NCBI GenBank assembly: GCA_965205655.1
Contig: CBDBIJ010000012.1
Location: forward strand, 1-54,978
DNA from: Candidatus Latescibacterota bacterium
Lineage (GTDB): Bacteria > Latescibacterota > UBA2968 > UBA8231
Reading direction: 5' to 3'
Length of the DNA stretch: 54,978 nucleotides
Part shown: piece by piece, positions 31,298-41,197 of the stretch
Position numbering within the stretch: position 1 is the stretch's first letter
How the letters are laid out: each line of letters begins with the position of its first letter
Notes under the pieces: model-generated
The model's input: only the letters and a program-made list of their open reading frames with translations
Databases searched by the model: none
Told to the model about the DNA's origin: nothing
Program-made: the position numbers and the translations under genes

Positions 31298-31867
31298 GTG
31301 CGCATAGTCACCGGCGTCCTGAAAGGACGCATTATCCCCTTCAATCCGAGCCGCTACGGCGGCATCAAGGTGACCTCTTCGAAGCTGAAAGAGGCGCTGT
31401 TCTCCGCCCTCGGCGGCGGCCTGGAGGGCCAGACATTCCTCGATCTGTGCGCCGGCTCCGGTCAGATTTCCCTCGAGGCCTACAGCCGCGGCGCCCGCGT
31501 AACCGCCGTTGAACCCGACCAGAGACGCCTCGCCTTCCTGCGCAAACTGTTTGCCGAATGGGGGGTCGAGGAAGCGGAGCTGCTCGGGCTCAAGGCACAG
31601 TCGCTGATCCCTCAGTTCCAGCAGCAGGCCGCGCGCTTCGACACCATCTACCTCGATCCCCCCTACGATGCCCAGCTCCATGGCGCCCCTCTTTCCATCT
31701 CATTGATGGAGCAGATCGCCGCAGCGGACGTTCTCAGCGAACGGGGAATGCTCGCCGTGCAGCACCACAAGCACCTGGAGTTGCCGCAGACTCAGGGCGG
31801 CCTGGCGCGCACTCGTCAGAGGGTTTACGGCGACACCGTTTTGAGTCAGTACGAACCCGATTCTTGA
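31298..31867 (+). CDS. rsmD: RsmD-family 16S rRNA m2G966 methyltransferase
   Basis: MRIVTG..KGR, LKEALF, FLDLCAGSGQISLEAYSRGA, IYLDPPY, YGDT. Confidence 0.88.
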   Translation: MRIVTGVLKGRIIPFNPSRYGGIKVTSSKLKEALFSALGGGLEGQTFLDLCAGSGQISLEAYSRGARVTAVEPDQRRLAFLRKLFAEWGVEEAELLGLKAQSLIPQFQQQAARFDTIYLDPPYDAQLHGAPLSISLMEQIAAADVLSERGMLAVQHHKHLELPQTQGGLARTRQRVYGDTVLSQYEPDS

Positions 31868-31897
31868 CCCCCGAGGGGCCGCCGCTATTTTCGCGCA

Positions 31898-32674
31898 ATG
31901 CGCTTCCGCCCCTGCATCGACCTGCATCGGGGAAGAGTCGTGCAAATCGTCGGCTCTACCCTCGGTGCCGGCGACGCCCCCCCGAGCACGAACTTCTCGT
32001 CCGAGCAACCGGCGTCTCACTTCGCCGAACTCTACAGGCGCGACCGGCTCGATGGCGGCCACCTCATCATGCTCGGTCCCGGCAGCGAAGCAGCAGCGAC
32101 CGAGGCGCTGGGAGCCTGGCCTGGAGGTTTGCAGGTCGGCGGCGGCATGACGCCCGACAATGGCAGGGCCTGGCTCGAGCGAGGCGCCGCCGGCATCATC
32201 GTCACGTCATATCTGTTCGCGGAGGGGCGCTTTCACCTCGACCGGCTGGAACGCCTGAAGGAGTCGATCGGCCGCGAGCGCTTGATTCTCGATCTGAGCT
32301 GCGCCCCGAGGGAGGGAACCTACGTCGTCGCTACCAATCGCTGGCAGCAGCTGACCGACTTCGCCATCGACCAGCGAAACCTTGAGATGCTGGCACAGCA
32401 CTGCGCCGAGTTTCTCATTCACGCGACTCAGATGGAGGGAAAGCGCGGCGGCATCGACGCCCAGCTGGTGCGGCGGCTGGGCGAGGTCTCTCCCATACCG
32501 ACGACCTACGCCGGCGGCATCCGCGATGCGGAGGATATCGAGCGGATCGAGCGTCTCGGCGCCGGACGGCTCGACTTCACCGTCGGCAGTGCGCTCGATA
32601 TCTTCGGCGGATCGGGTGTGAACTACGAAGACCTCGTGGCCCTCAATCGAAGCCAGGCCTCTGACACGCGCTGA
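31898..32674 (+). CDS. hisA: ProFAR isomerase, HIS6/eukaryote-like type
   Basis: MRFRPCIDLHRGRVVQIVGSTL, GGHLIMLG, LQVGGG, LILDLSC, EFLIHA..EGK..GID, TYAGG, TVGSALDIFGG match the HIS6-type subfamily. Confidence 0.92.
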   Translation: MRFRPCIDLHRGRVVQIVGSTLGAGDAPPSTNFSSEQPASHFAELYRRDRLDGGHLIMLGPGSEAAATEALGAWPGGLQVGGGMTPDNGRAWLERGAAGIIVTSYLFAEGRFHLDRLERLKESIGRERLILDLSCAPREGTYVVATNRWQQLTDFAIDQRNLEMLAQHCAEFLIHATQMEGKRGGIDAQLVRRLGEVSPIPTTYAGGIRDAEDIERIERLGAGRLDFTVGSALDIFGGSGVNYEDLVALNRSQASDTR

Positions 32675-32695
32675 GTGCCGAAACCGGACACGCCC

Positions 32696-34048
32696 TCAGT
32701 GTCCGCCACCACCTCCCGTCCACTTCAGATAGAGATTGATCGCCGTAAAGTTGATGATCACCCAGATCGTCACCATCAGGCCGATCTCGATCCACATCGG
32801 CATGCGCACTTCTTTGACTGTCTTCATCGCCAGATGCAAAACCGCATAGGCGAGGGGAATCAGCAGCAGGTTGTTGGCGTTGGCGCCCAAAAGGAGCATC
32901 AGAAAAGGCTGCTCGGTGAAGCCGACGAGCATGACGAGCCAGAGCAAGGGGAAGGCGATCTGCAGAATTCTTATCATGCGCCTGCGGCCCTCCGCGCTCT
33001 CCATGCCGCGGACGCGGATCTGGCGCAGAAAATCTGTGCCGATACGTCCCGTGCTTGCGGCGAACACGAGCAAGGTGGAGAACAGGGTGCAGAACGCGCC
33101 GAACATGAACAGGCTCTTGGCCCAGCCGCCGATCGACTCGGTGAAGATATGCGACACGTGGTCGACGACGCCGAACCCCTCGGGCAGCACGTTGAGCTTG
33201 TTGAGAATCGAGGCGCCCAGCAGGTAGTAAGCGCAGGTGATGATGAGGGCGATGCCGGTGCAGACGCCGGCGTCGGCGATCACCACTCGCATCCATCCCC
33301 GGTAACGCTCCTGCCACTGAGCAGAATCGTCCCGCGGACCGACAAAAGCCGGGTAGCCCTTCTCCTTTATCCAGTACGGATACATGAACAACTCGACTGC
33401 CGTCGCGCCCACCGAGCCCATGACCGCCAGCGCTACGAAGGCACCCTCCGCGGGCATGTCGAAGCAAAAGCCGGACGCCAGCTGGGCGCCGCTGACGGCG
33501 TGCTCCGTCCACTGAACCATGAGGACGGAGGCGATGACGATGAGGCTGAACGCCGCGACCAGAACTGTCACCATTTTCTCGAGATCGTCGTAGAGGCCGC
33601 GGTAGAGGAGTACGCCAAGCAAGAGGAACACCAGGACGGCCCATACATTCGTCGACGTGCCGGAGAACACCGTCGTCATGAGCCCCGCCACCGCCCCGAT
33701 GATGCCGGCGAGGCCGATATTGACGCTGAAGTAGCCGATGATGCACAGCCAGGCGATCCACGAGGTGTTCCGCACGCGGAACCCCGGCACCCGGTCGAGA
33801 GCCTGAATCGTCGTGTCGTCGTGCAGGATGCACTGGCGACCCAGCTCCAGCTGAATGAAGAATTTGACGACCGAGGCGACGATGACGCCCCACAGAAACA
33901 CGAATCCGACCTTGGCGCCCATACTCGTGGTCACCAGCAGCTCGCCGGAACCGACGACCGATCCCGAGACCACCACACCGGGCCCGATATTGCGCAACAG
34001 ACCCCTGAGGCCCCGCGGGGCAGCTCGAGTGGTAGTGGGCTCTTGCAT
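32696..34048 (-). CDS. Nramp-superfamily related transporter (non-canonical)
   Basis: About 11 TM helices; IGPGVVVSGSVVGSGEL, GSVGATAVELFMYPYW..EKGY; lacks the MntH DPGN motif. Confidence 0.8.
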   Translation of the reverse strand: MQEPTTTRAAPRGLRGLLRNIGPGVVVSGSVVGSGELLVTTSMGAKVGFVFLWGVIVASVVKFFIQLELGRQCILHDDTTIQALDRVPGFRVRNTSWIAWLCIIGYFSVNIGLAGIIGAVAGLMTTVFSGTSTNVWAVLVFLLLGVLLYRGLYDDLEKMVTVLVAAFSLIVIASVLMVQWTEHAVSGAQLASGFCFDMPAEGAFVALAVMGSVGATAVELFMYPYWIKEKGYPAFVGPRDDSAQWQERYRGWMRVVIADAGVCTGIALIITCAYYLLGASILNKLNVLPEGFGVVDHVSHIFTESIGGWAKSLFMFGAFCTLFSTLLVFAASTGRIGTDFLRQIRVRGMESAEGRRRMIRILQIAFPLLWLVMLVGFTEQPFLMLLLGANANNLLLIPLAYAVLHLAMKTVKEVRMPMWIEIGLMVTIWVIINFTAINLYLKWTGGGGGH

Positions 34049-34059
34049 CTGTGTCCCTT

Positions 34060-34767
34060 TCAATCAGCTGCGCGGGCGCATTCGGCTTCGCTGAACAGCT
34101 GTGCGTTCCTCTGCTTCCCGACCATCCGCAGCGCCCCCATCCTGTGCAGGCAGTATGTCATTTTTCCCGCCAGCGCGAGTCTGTATCCGCCAGCCTCGGC
34201 CAGCTGTCTGTTCGTAAACGGTCGCTCGAGGTCGGGCGGCAGAAAGGCGAGAAAATCCGCCGGCGCCGTCAGCGTGCGACGCTCGACCACCTCGATGAGC
34301 CGCCGGTCGTAGCGCCGCCACTCGGGGTGGCGCCAGCTGCCGTTGCCGTCGTAGCAGCGCACCTCCTCCTCGTGAATCAGCAGAACCTCGAGCGAAAAAT
34401 TGTCTCGCCTGACAAGCTCGGGGATACTGACCAGCTGCTCGAAGACATGCTCGGGCCGCCCTCTCTTCGGCGACTTTCTGCGGCCGATGCGAGTTTCGCC
34501 ATCCGCCTCCACCCGCAGGATCCATTTCACCGCCGCGATCGGGCGCACGAGGCGCACTCTGTGGGCTGCTGCCGTCAGGCGTTCCAGTTTGCGCTTCAGC
34601 GGTGCGAAGCCGCCGGTCTGAACCTCGATCAGCTCATCGCCGCGCATGATATCCACCACGAATCCGGCCACCTCCTCCTCGAGAAGATCGCTCGGGCCGG
34701 CGTACCATTCCTTCACGGCGGCGTGTAGGGACTTCTCCTGCAGCGTGCCGATACCGTTTGTCGACAA
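34060..34767 (-). CDS. Conserved hypothetical protein, restriction-endonuclease-like motif plus C-terminal winged-helix-like segment
   Basis: IGTLQEKSLHAAVKEWY, VDIMRGDELIEVQTG (D..E-x-Q), PFTNRQLAEA..MTYCLHRMG; TTG start. Confidence 0.7.
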   Translation of the reverse strand: MSTNGIGTLQEKSLHAAVKEWYAGPSDLLEEEVAGFVVDIMRGDELIEVQTGGFAPLKRKLERLTAAAHRVRLVRPIAAVKWILRVEADGETRIGRRKSPKRGRPEHVFEQLVSIPELVRRDNFSLEVLLIHEEEVRCYDGNGSWRHPEWRRYDRRLIEVVERRTLTAPADFLAFLPPDLERPFTNRQLAEAGGYRLALAGKMTYCLHRMGALRMVGKQRNAQLFSEAECARAAD

Positions 34768-34846
34768 AGACGCCCTTGGGAAACGAAGGGGGAAGGCTCT
34801 GTGGGAGGAAGTTCAGCTACTGCAGGGAGAATTTCGCCCCAGGCCG

Positions 34847-34878
34847 GAGGCCTGAATACAAATGAGGCCTGAGTACAA
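34847..34878. repeat. Intergenic direct repeat, 15 bp at 17-bp period
   Basis: GAGGCCTGAATACAA (34847-34861) and GAGGCCTGAGTACAA (34864-34878). Confidence 0.8.
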
Positions 34879-34905
34879 TTAAGGTACTTACACGATACTC
34901 CAATG

Positions 34906-36451
34906 TCACGTAGTTGTCGCCGACTTCACCGGTACGACCACCGTAAAGGTGGATCCCTTCCCCACCTCGCTCTCCACATCGATCCGACCCCCGTGCTCCT
35001 CCATGATTTCATAACAGATCGACAGCCCGAGACCGGTTCCGTGGCCGACGCCCTTCGTCGTGTACCCCGGATCGAATACCTTGGCGAGCTTGTCCTGGTG
35101 AATCCCCGAACCCGTGTCGGAGATCGTCACGGTGACGTCGCCGTCATTATGGGAGGTCGCGAGCCTAATCGTGCCCGTGCCGTCGATCGCCTGCTGGGCA
35201 TTGTTCAGAATGTTGAGAAAAACCTGGTTCAGCCGTCCAGGAAAACACTCCACCGGTGGAATAGCGCCGTAGTCCTTGACGATTTCAACCCGGCCCTTTG
35301 TTTCGTGGTGGATCAGCATGAGCGAGTCTTCCATCCCCTGGTGCAGATCGACCTCCTTCATCTCCTCGTCGTCGAGTCGAGCGAAGTTGCGCAGGCTGCT
35401 GACGATCGTCGCCACCCGCTGTGACCCGGTCTCGATCACCTTGTTCGAATCCTCGATCACCTTCAGCGCGCGGTAGAGCACTCCTCCTTCGCAGCACGCC
35501 TCCGGGTTTTTTCCTCCTCCAGTGTCGTCTTCAGCTTGGCCACTGCCCGCATCAGGGTATCGTGCATGCTGTGGATGGCACTCACCGGGGTGTTGATCTC
35601 GTGGGCGATGCCGGCGATGAGACTGCCGACGGCCGCCATCTTCTCCGACCGCACCAACCTGTCCTGCATCTCGAGGAGCTGCGTGTTGATGCGCGCCAAC
35701 TCTTCCATCACTTCCTGTCGCTGTCGCTCATCCTTCTTCCTCGCTGTGACGTCGCGCCCAAAACCGACGCGACAGACCACGTCTCCTCGTTCATCCCGCA
35801 CCGAGAAGACGGTGATTTCCATATCGACGTGGCGGCCGTCCTTCGTGCGCGACTTCACCTCGCCGCGGTAGGTCCCGCTCTTCTGCAGTTTCTCGCCGAT
35901 CTCGAGATATTTCTCATCGCCCGCGTGTATTGCAGGTGTCTTACCCTTTAGCTCCTCGGAGGTGTAGCCGAGCATCCTCTCATGAGCGGGATTCACTTCC
36001 AGAAATCGACCCTCGCAATCGAAAATGGCCACCGCATCCTCGAGTAGGTGATGATCTCCTTGTAGCGGTGCAGCTGGGCCTCAACCAGCTTTTGCTCGGT
36101 AACATCGCGGGCGATCCCCTCGCCACGCAGTAGATCGCCGTTTTCGAATACGAGCCGGCGATGGATCTCGAAGTCGTGGACCTCGCCATTTTTTCCTATG
36201 AGGCGCACCTCGATTGTGCGGACATCCGCATCCTGTCGTCGCACGGCCTCGGCGACGCCGGCGCGCGACTGCTCCAGGTCATCGGGGTGAATCAGCTCGA
36301 AGATCGAGCGGCCGATCAGCTGCGACGGCTCGTAGCCCAGCACGAGACCTGCCGACTCGTTGATGCTCGTCAGCTTCCCTTCCGGATCCCACGAGTAGAC
36401 GATGTCCGGAGCGCTATCGAGTATGAGGGATATCTGGCTTTGAATGTCCAT
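34906..36451 (-). pseudogene. PAS-PAS sensor histidine kinase split by two frameshifts (near 36043 and 35498)
   Basis: PAS1 from MDIQSQISLILDSAPD; PAS2 AIFDCEGRF; H-box AGIAHEINTP; N-box LNQVFLNILNNA; G1 DTGSGI; G2 GTGLGL. About 515 aa when rejoined; the frameshifts may be sequence errors. Confidence 0.88.
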
Positions 36452-36468
36452 GCCCGAATCGCCGCGTT

Positions 36469-36951
36469 TCAGACGAATGCCTTCAGTATGTCCTGTTGAA
36501 TCCCCTGCAGGTCGGAATAGGCCTTGTCGATCTCGACGATTTTCAGCCGCAGGTTGCTCAGCAGATCGTATTTCTCCAATCCGTTCCTGATCACCAGGAG
36601 CAGATCGTCGTTCTCCCAGGGCTTCTCGATGTACTGAAATATGCCGACTTCGTTGATCGCCTTTATGGCGTTTTCCTTGTCGGCGTAGCCCGTCAGAATA
36701 ACGCGTGTCACGTCCGGTTTCGCGTCCCTGACCTTTGCGAGAAAGGTGATGCCGTCCATCTCCGGCATCAGAAAGTCGGAGACGATGAGGTTGACGTCGT
36801 TTTCCCTGGTGAATTCGAGTGCTTCGAGCGGGGACAGGAATGGTTTCACCGTCCAATCCGTCTCAAGAGTCAGAAACGATTCGAGACTCGTCAGCACCAT
36901 CTCTTCGTCGTCCACGATGATGACCGTGTGGCTGGCTGATGTCGATTCCAT
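36469..36951 (-). CDS. Response regulator (REC + short coiled coil, no output domain)
   Basis: IIVDDEE, SDFLMPEMDG, ILTGY, EKPW; start MESTSAS at 36951. Confidence 0.93.
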   Translation of the reverse strand: MESTSASHTVIIVDDEEMVLTSLESFLTLETDWTVKPFLSPLEALEFTRENDVNLIVSDFLMPEMDGITFLAKVRDAKPDVTRVILTGYADKENAIKAINEVGIFQYIEKPWENDDLLLVIRNGLEKYDLLSNLRLKIVEIDKAYSDLQGIQQDILKAFV

Positions 36952-36953
36952 TC

Positions 36954-37436
36954 TTACGAAAAAGCCTTGAGGATATCCTGTTGAATACCCTGGAGGTCGG
37001 ATTGGGCCTTGTTTATCTGATCGATCTTCTCCCGAAGGCTCTTCAGCAACTGCTGCTTCTCGAGTCCGTTTCTGATGATGATGCGCAGGCGATCGTTGTC
37101 CCACGGCTTCTCGACGTACTGAAACAGCCCCACTTCGTTGATCGCCTTGATCGCGTTCTCCTTGTCGGAGTAGCCGGTCAGGATGATGCGGGGCACCTCC
37201 GGCTTCAGATTCCGCACCTTTCCTAGAAAAGTGATTCCGTCCATGTCCGGCATCAGGTAGTCGGAGATGACCATATCCACGTTCGTGCTCCGGATGTGCT
37301 CCAGCGCTTCTTGCGGGTCGGTAAACGTCCGGACATCCCAGTCGGTCTCGAGTGTCAGGAAGGACTCGAGACTGGTGAGGACCATCTCCTCGTCATCGAC
37401 GATGATGACGATCTCTTTCTGCTTCGAATCGGCCAT
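36954..37436 (-). CDS. Response regulator (REC + short coiled coil), tandem paralog
   Basis: IIVDDEE, SDYLMPDMDG, ILTGY, EKPW; AGGAGG RBS. Confidence 0.93.
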   Translation of the reverse strand: MADSKQKEIVIIVDDEEMVLTSLESFLTLETDWDVRTFTDPQEALEHIRSTNVDMVISDYLMPDMDGITFLGKVRNLKPEVPRIILTGYSDKENAIKAINEVGLFQYVEKPWDNDRLRIIIRNGLEKQQLLKSLREKIDQINKAQSDLQGIQQDILKAFS

Positions 37437-37477
37437 TTATGCCTCCTGAAATCTCGCTGCTACTGCGACGCGACGCC

Positions 37478-37915
37478 TTAGCTGTCGGTTCCGCCCCCGA
37501 CCCTGCCGACGAGGCCTCTCACTCTGGTGACCAGCGCTTTCATCACACCCTGGGTAATCTCCACGTTGTCGGCGAGAAGGTCGATAAAATCCTCCTTGTC
37601 GAGGCGCAGCACGGTCGAGTCCTCTACGGACGTCGCCGCCGAAACGCGCGGTTCGTCGTCGAACAGAGCCCACGTCCCGAAGCTTTCACCTGGTCCGGCC
37701 GTCGTGATGTCGAGCCCGTTGCGATGCAGGCGCACCTTACCCCGAATCACCAGATACATTGAATCCGCCGGATCCTTCTCGCCGTACACGACTTCTCCGG
37801 AGGAGTGCTCCCGCTCGCTGGTGATCGCCGCCAGAAAAGCCAGCTGGTCGGTCGAGACGTGTGTGAAGATATCCACGTCCTGGAGCGCGATAACCTTTTC
37901 TACGGTCGTGAGCAC
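37478..37915 (-). CDS. Cyclic-nucleotide-binding domain protein
   Basis: LTTVEKVIALQDVDIF, DSMYLVIRGKVR, PGESFGTWALFDDEPRVSAAT; GTG start. Confidence 0.92.
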   Translation of the reverse strand: MLTTVEKVIALQDVDIFTHVSTDQLAFLAAITSEREHSSGEVVYGEKDPADSMYLVIRGKVRLHRNGLDITTAGPGESFGTWALFDDEPRVSAATSVEDSTVLRLDKEDFIDLLADNVEITQGVMKALVTRVRGLVGRVGGGTDS

Positions 37916-37941
37916 GTAGCTTCGAACCCCATTCTGCCAGC

Positions 37942-37959
37942 GTGTGTGTGTGTGTGTGT
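37942..37959. repeat. (GT)9 dinucleotide microsatellite
   Basis: GTGTGTGTGTGTGTGTGT in the 53-nt spacer between the NTT-HEAT stop and the cNMP gene. Confidence 0.95.
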
Positions 37960-39976
37960 ACTGATAAACTACAAGTTGGCGATGCGGCGGACCATGGCCG
38001 CCGTTTCACTCACAATCCTGTCGGGATCCTTCTCCATCGATCGCACCGCCTCCGCATGGCCGCTCGGGTCGCCATCCGTGAGGCTGTAGATGGCGCAGGC
38101 CCGCAGCCACGGATCGTCGCCGGAAAGCAGGTCGTCGAGCGCCGCGCCACGGCTGGCGAAGCGCGCGCCGAAGACTCTGTGCCCGTGTTCGATCGCCGCC
38201 GCCGTCGATATCTGCTCGAGCAGCGGCAACAGGTACTCCTTCGTTTCCCGATCGAGCACGTTGTCGAGAAATTCGAGCGCGCTCGCTCTTGTGGCACGGT
38301 CTCCACTCACCATTCCGAGGTAGGCGTTGTACATATCCTTAGCCGCATACTGCAACGCCAGCAGGCGGAAGATCCTCTCGAGTGCCTGCTCTCGCCTCTC
38401 GCGCAGCGCCTTTGTCAAAAGTGCCGACGCCCGGCCGTTTTCGTCCGACCCGGACATGTCGAGAATTTGAATCGCGTCGTAGTATGCCCGCGCTGCGCGA
38501 CGAATCTCCGCTCCCAGACGCTGTGCATCGAAGTGAAGGTGCGAGCTTCTTATTGCGCAGTTTGCTCAAGGATTTGAGCAGGTGGTACTGAAGCGCGAAA
38601 TCGGCCCGATCCAGTTGCTCCATGAGCGCGTCCACCGTCGACTGGTCCACGATCTCTGCCATCACGCGCGCGGCTCGGGTGCGAGACGGAAAGTCCAACT
38701 CTCGATCCATCACCCGTTCGTTCAGCTCGGGCAGAATATCGCTTCCGTATGCCGCCAGAGCGGCGCGCGCAGCCGCCCTGTAGGCTCTGTCGTTCAGCTT
38801 CTGCAGCAACCACGGCACATACTCGGGATCGCGTAACCGGCCGAGACTTTCGATCGCCTGCAGAGCGACATCGGGGACGGGATGGTCCATCAGTTGCTCC
38901 ATCGCGACCCGCACATATGGCCTTCGTGCCGGCTCCCGTAGACTCCCCAGGATGCGGGCAGCCTGCACAAGTGTCGGTACGTCGTCCTCCGAGTCCGCGA
39001 AGGCTTGCCGGATAACGGCTTCGTCGATCAGATCGTGCTCCTCGTCGGTCCCATATCCGGCGATATATCCCACAGCGGCTCCGCGCAGATGCTTGTCGCC
39101 GCCCCGCAGCGCCGCGTTGAGCCGCGAGAGCCGATCCCCCTGCCCGTGTTCAGCACATGAAATGGAGCGCTTCGATTCGCACCTCGAGGTCCTCGTCTGT
39201 CTGCAGTGCCTCGATGTCGGTCACCGGCAGCCTTCCGGTCTGGTTGCGCAAGATCTGTAGTGCTTTCTGTCGCACGGCTGACGATGAATTGGTGAGGAGC
39301 TTCGCCACCGGTTCCACGAGCCGCTCGGCCCGGACAGGAGCCAGCATGTCCAGGGCGTAACTCAGTCGCCGCTCCTGTGCCCGTCCGATTCCTCCGACCG
39401 GCAGCGGACCGCGTCGGGGCAGGGCGGGATTGAGGTTCCCTATCAGACCGTCGATGGTGGCGGCTTCCGTGATATCCACAGAGAGCTCGCCCAGATCGAT
39501 CTCCCGGCGCTGCAGCGCCGAGCGAAACGTGTCGATGTAGGCCCCGCGGCTGCGCGCGATCAGCGCCAACCACACCGCGATCAGAGCCAGCGACAAAAAG
39601 CTGAGGTGCTCGTAGGAAACGCCGAAGACCCTTAGCATCACGAGTACGAGCAGTGCCCCCGCGCCCGTGGCAAGATTGTCCACCGTCGTGTCCAGCAGCA
39701 TCTTCGTGCGCCTTTTTATATCCGCCGGAATAGGCAGATAGAGAATCTCCGTCGCCGACTTGTGGATCGCGTGCCGAAAGCTGCCGTCGCCCATCTTGAC
39801 CAGGATGCCTGCCGCCAGCCCCGGGACCATCAGCACGGCGGCCGATCCCAGAGCCATGCTGATGGGCAGGAACAGGAGGGCTGAGACCACTCCCATCGAT
39901 CGAAGAATGCGCGGCGTTGCCACGACCTGAAAGAGGAGGGCAAAGGCGCGTAGCATCAACTTTGAAGTGCAACACC

Positions 39977-40924
39977 TTAAGGATTGTAGCACTCCTCTGG
40001 GGTTAGATATCCGAGTCGTTTTCGTGGTCTTCGGTTGAGTTTTCGTGCGATGGCGTTGCAGTCGTACTGGGTAAGGTCGGCCATGCTTTTTTTCTTGGGC
40101 AAGTACTGTCGAATGAGGCCATTGGTGTTCTCGTTGGTGCCTCGTTCCCAGGCGTGATGGGGATTGGCGAAGTAGAAGCGGGTATCGGTGACGCGCTCGA
40201 TGTCGGCGTAGCTGTGGAATTCGGTTCCGTTGTCTGCGGTGATGGTGTGTACGGGGCGGGGTTGGCGGTGGATGAGCTGGAGAGTCCGTCGGCTGAGCTC
40301 GTCGGCCGTTCGCGCGTTGAGCTTTCCGATCTCGACGTACCCGGTCTTTCGTTCCACGAGGGTGACGACGCACGGCCTGCCGTCGCCGAGCATTGTGTCG
40401 GCCTCCCAGTGTCCGACGCGGGAGCGGTTGTCGGCCGCGGCGGGTCGGTCCTCGATCGGCCTCTTTCCGGCCAGTCGTCCTCGAGAGTCGTAGGTGCCGT
40501 GTCGCTTACGTCGCAGTTTGGTGGCGCCGCGCAGGTGCTGGTAGAGGGAGCCACCGCGTCGTTTGTCAGCCCAGACGTGACGGTAAATGGTCTCGTGGCT
40601 GATCTCGAGGATTCGGTAGCGACGGAGCCATCCAGCGATCTGCTCGGGGCTCCAGTCGTTCTTGAGCAGTTCCTGGACGAGATCCCAGTCAGCGGTGGAG
40701 AGGCGGAAGTTCCGCCGCGAGTGCGAGCGCCTGGTGCGCGCGTAGCCGTGCGCCTGCAAAGGCCGGTAGAACCTGTCCGCCCGTCCACGGTTGCGTTGGA
40801 CCTCTCGATAGATCGAACTTGGATGCCGCCCAAGGGTCCGTGCGATCTCAGCTACGGTTACCTCTTTTCGTCTCAGTGCCCAAATGATGTATCGTTCTTC
40901 ACGGGTGATCTGGTGATACGCCAA
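39977..40924 (-). CDS. IS30-family transposase
   Basis: WSPEQIAG, ISHETIY, GHWEADT, TITADNGTEF, WERGTNENTNGLIRQY, LNRRPRKRLG; TTG start with AGGAAGGGAG RBS. Confidence 0.96.
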   Translation of the reverse strand: MAYHQITREERYIIWALRRKEVTVAEIARTLGRHPSSIYREVQRNRGRADRFYRPLQAHGYARTRRSHSRRNFRLSTADWDLVQELLKNDWSPEQIAGWLRRYRILEISHETIYRHVWADKRRGGSLYQHLRGATKLRRKRHGTYDSRGRLAGKRPIEDRPAAADNRSRVGHWEADTMLGDGRPCVVTLVERKTGYVEIGKLNARTADELSRRTLQLIHRQPRPVHTITADNGTEFHSYADIERVTDTRFYFANPHHAWERGTNENTNGLIRQYLPKKKSMADLTQYDCNAIARKLNRRPRKRLGYLTPEECYNP

Positions 40925-41197
40925 CGTAGCCTCCCTTCCTTTAGCCGGGTTAGGAGACTACAGTATCCCAGATCGCCTCTTGTCGCACTTAGCCTGAATA
41001 ATTCATAAATTCGCTCAGGTTTGATCGGGATTCGGTAAATGATGAAGCACTGAGGCGTTTCTCGCTCAAGTGTGATTCTCGGGTCCGTGTTTCTTGGTCG
41101 TAGGTCGATGTGTCAGGCGGTGTTGCATTTCCTCCGGACAGACTGATCCCTTGGTCGTGCTGATGATCGATTTTTTGGTGCGTCGTCATCGTGCGCA

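Noticed and set aside
39148..39156. Selenocysteine readthrough of TGA after FMC in NTT-HEAT
   Set aside because: The protein continues in a different frame (EHGQGDRL..), so this is a one-base insertion.
39150..40373. 407-aa ORF as an IS-transporter fusion gene
   Set aside because: Chance read-through from an IS30 alternative frame into the downstream half of the interrupted NTT-HEAT gene.
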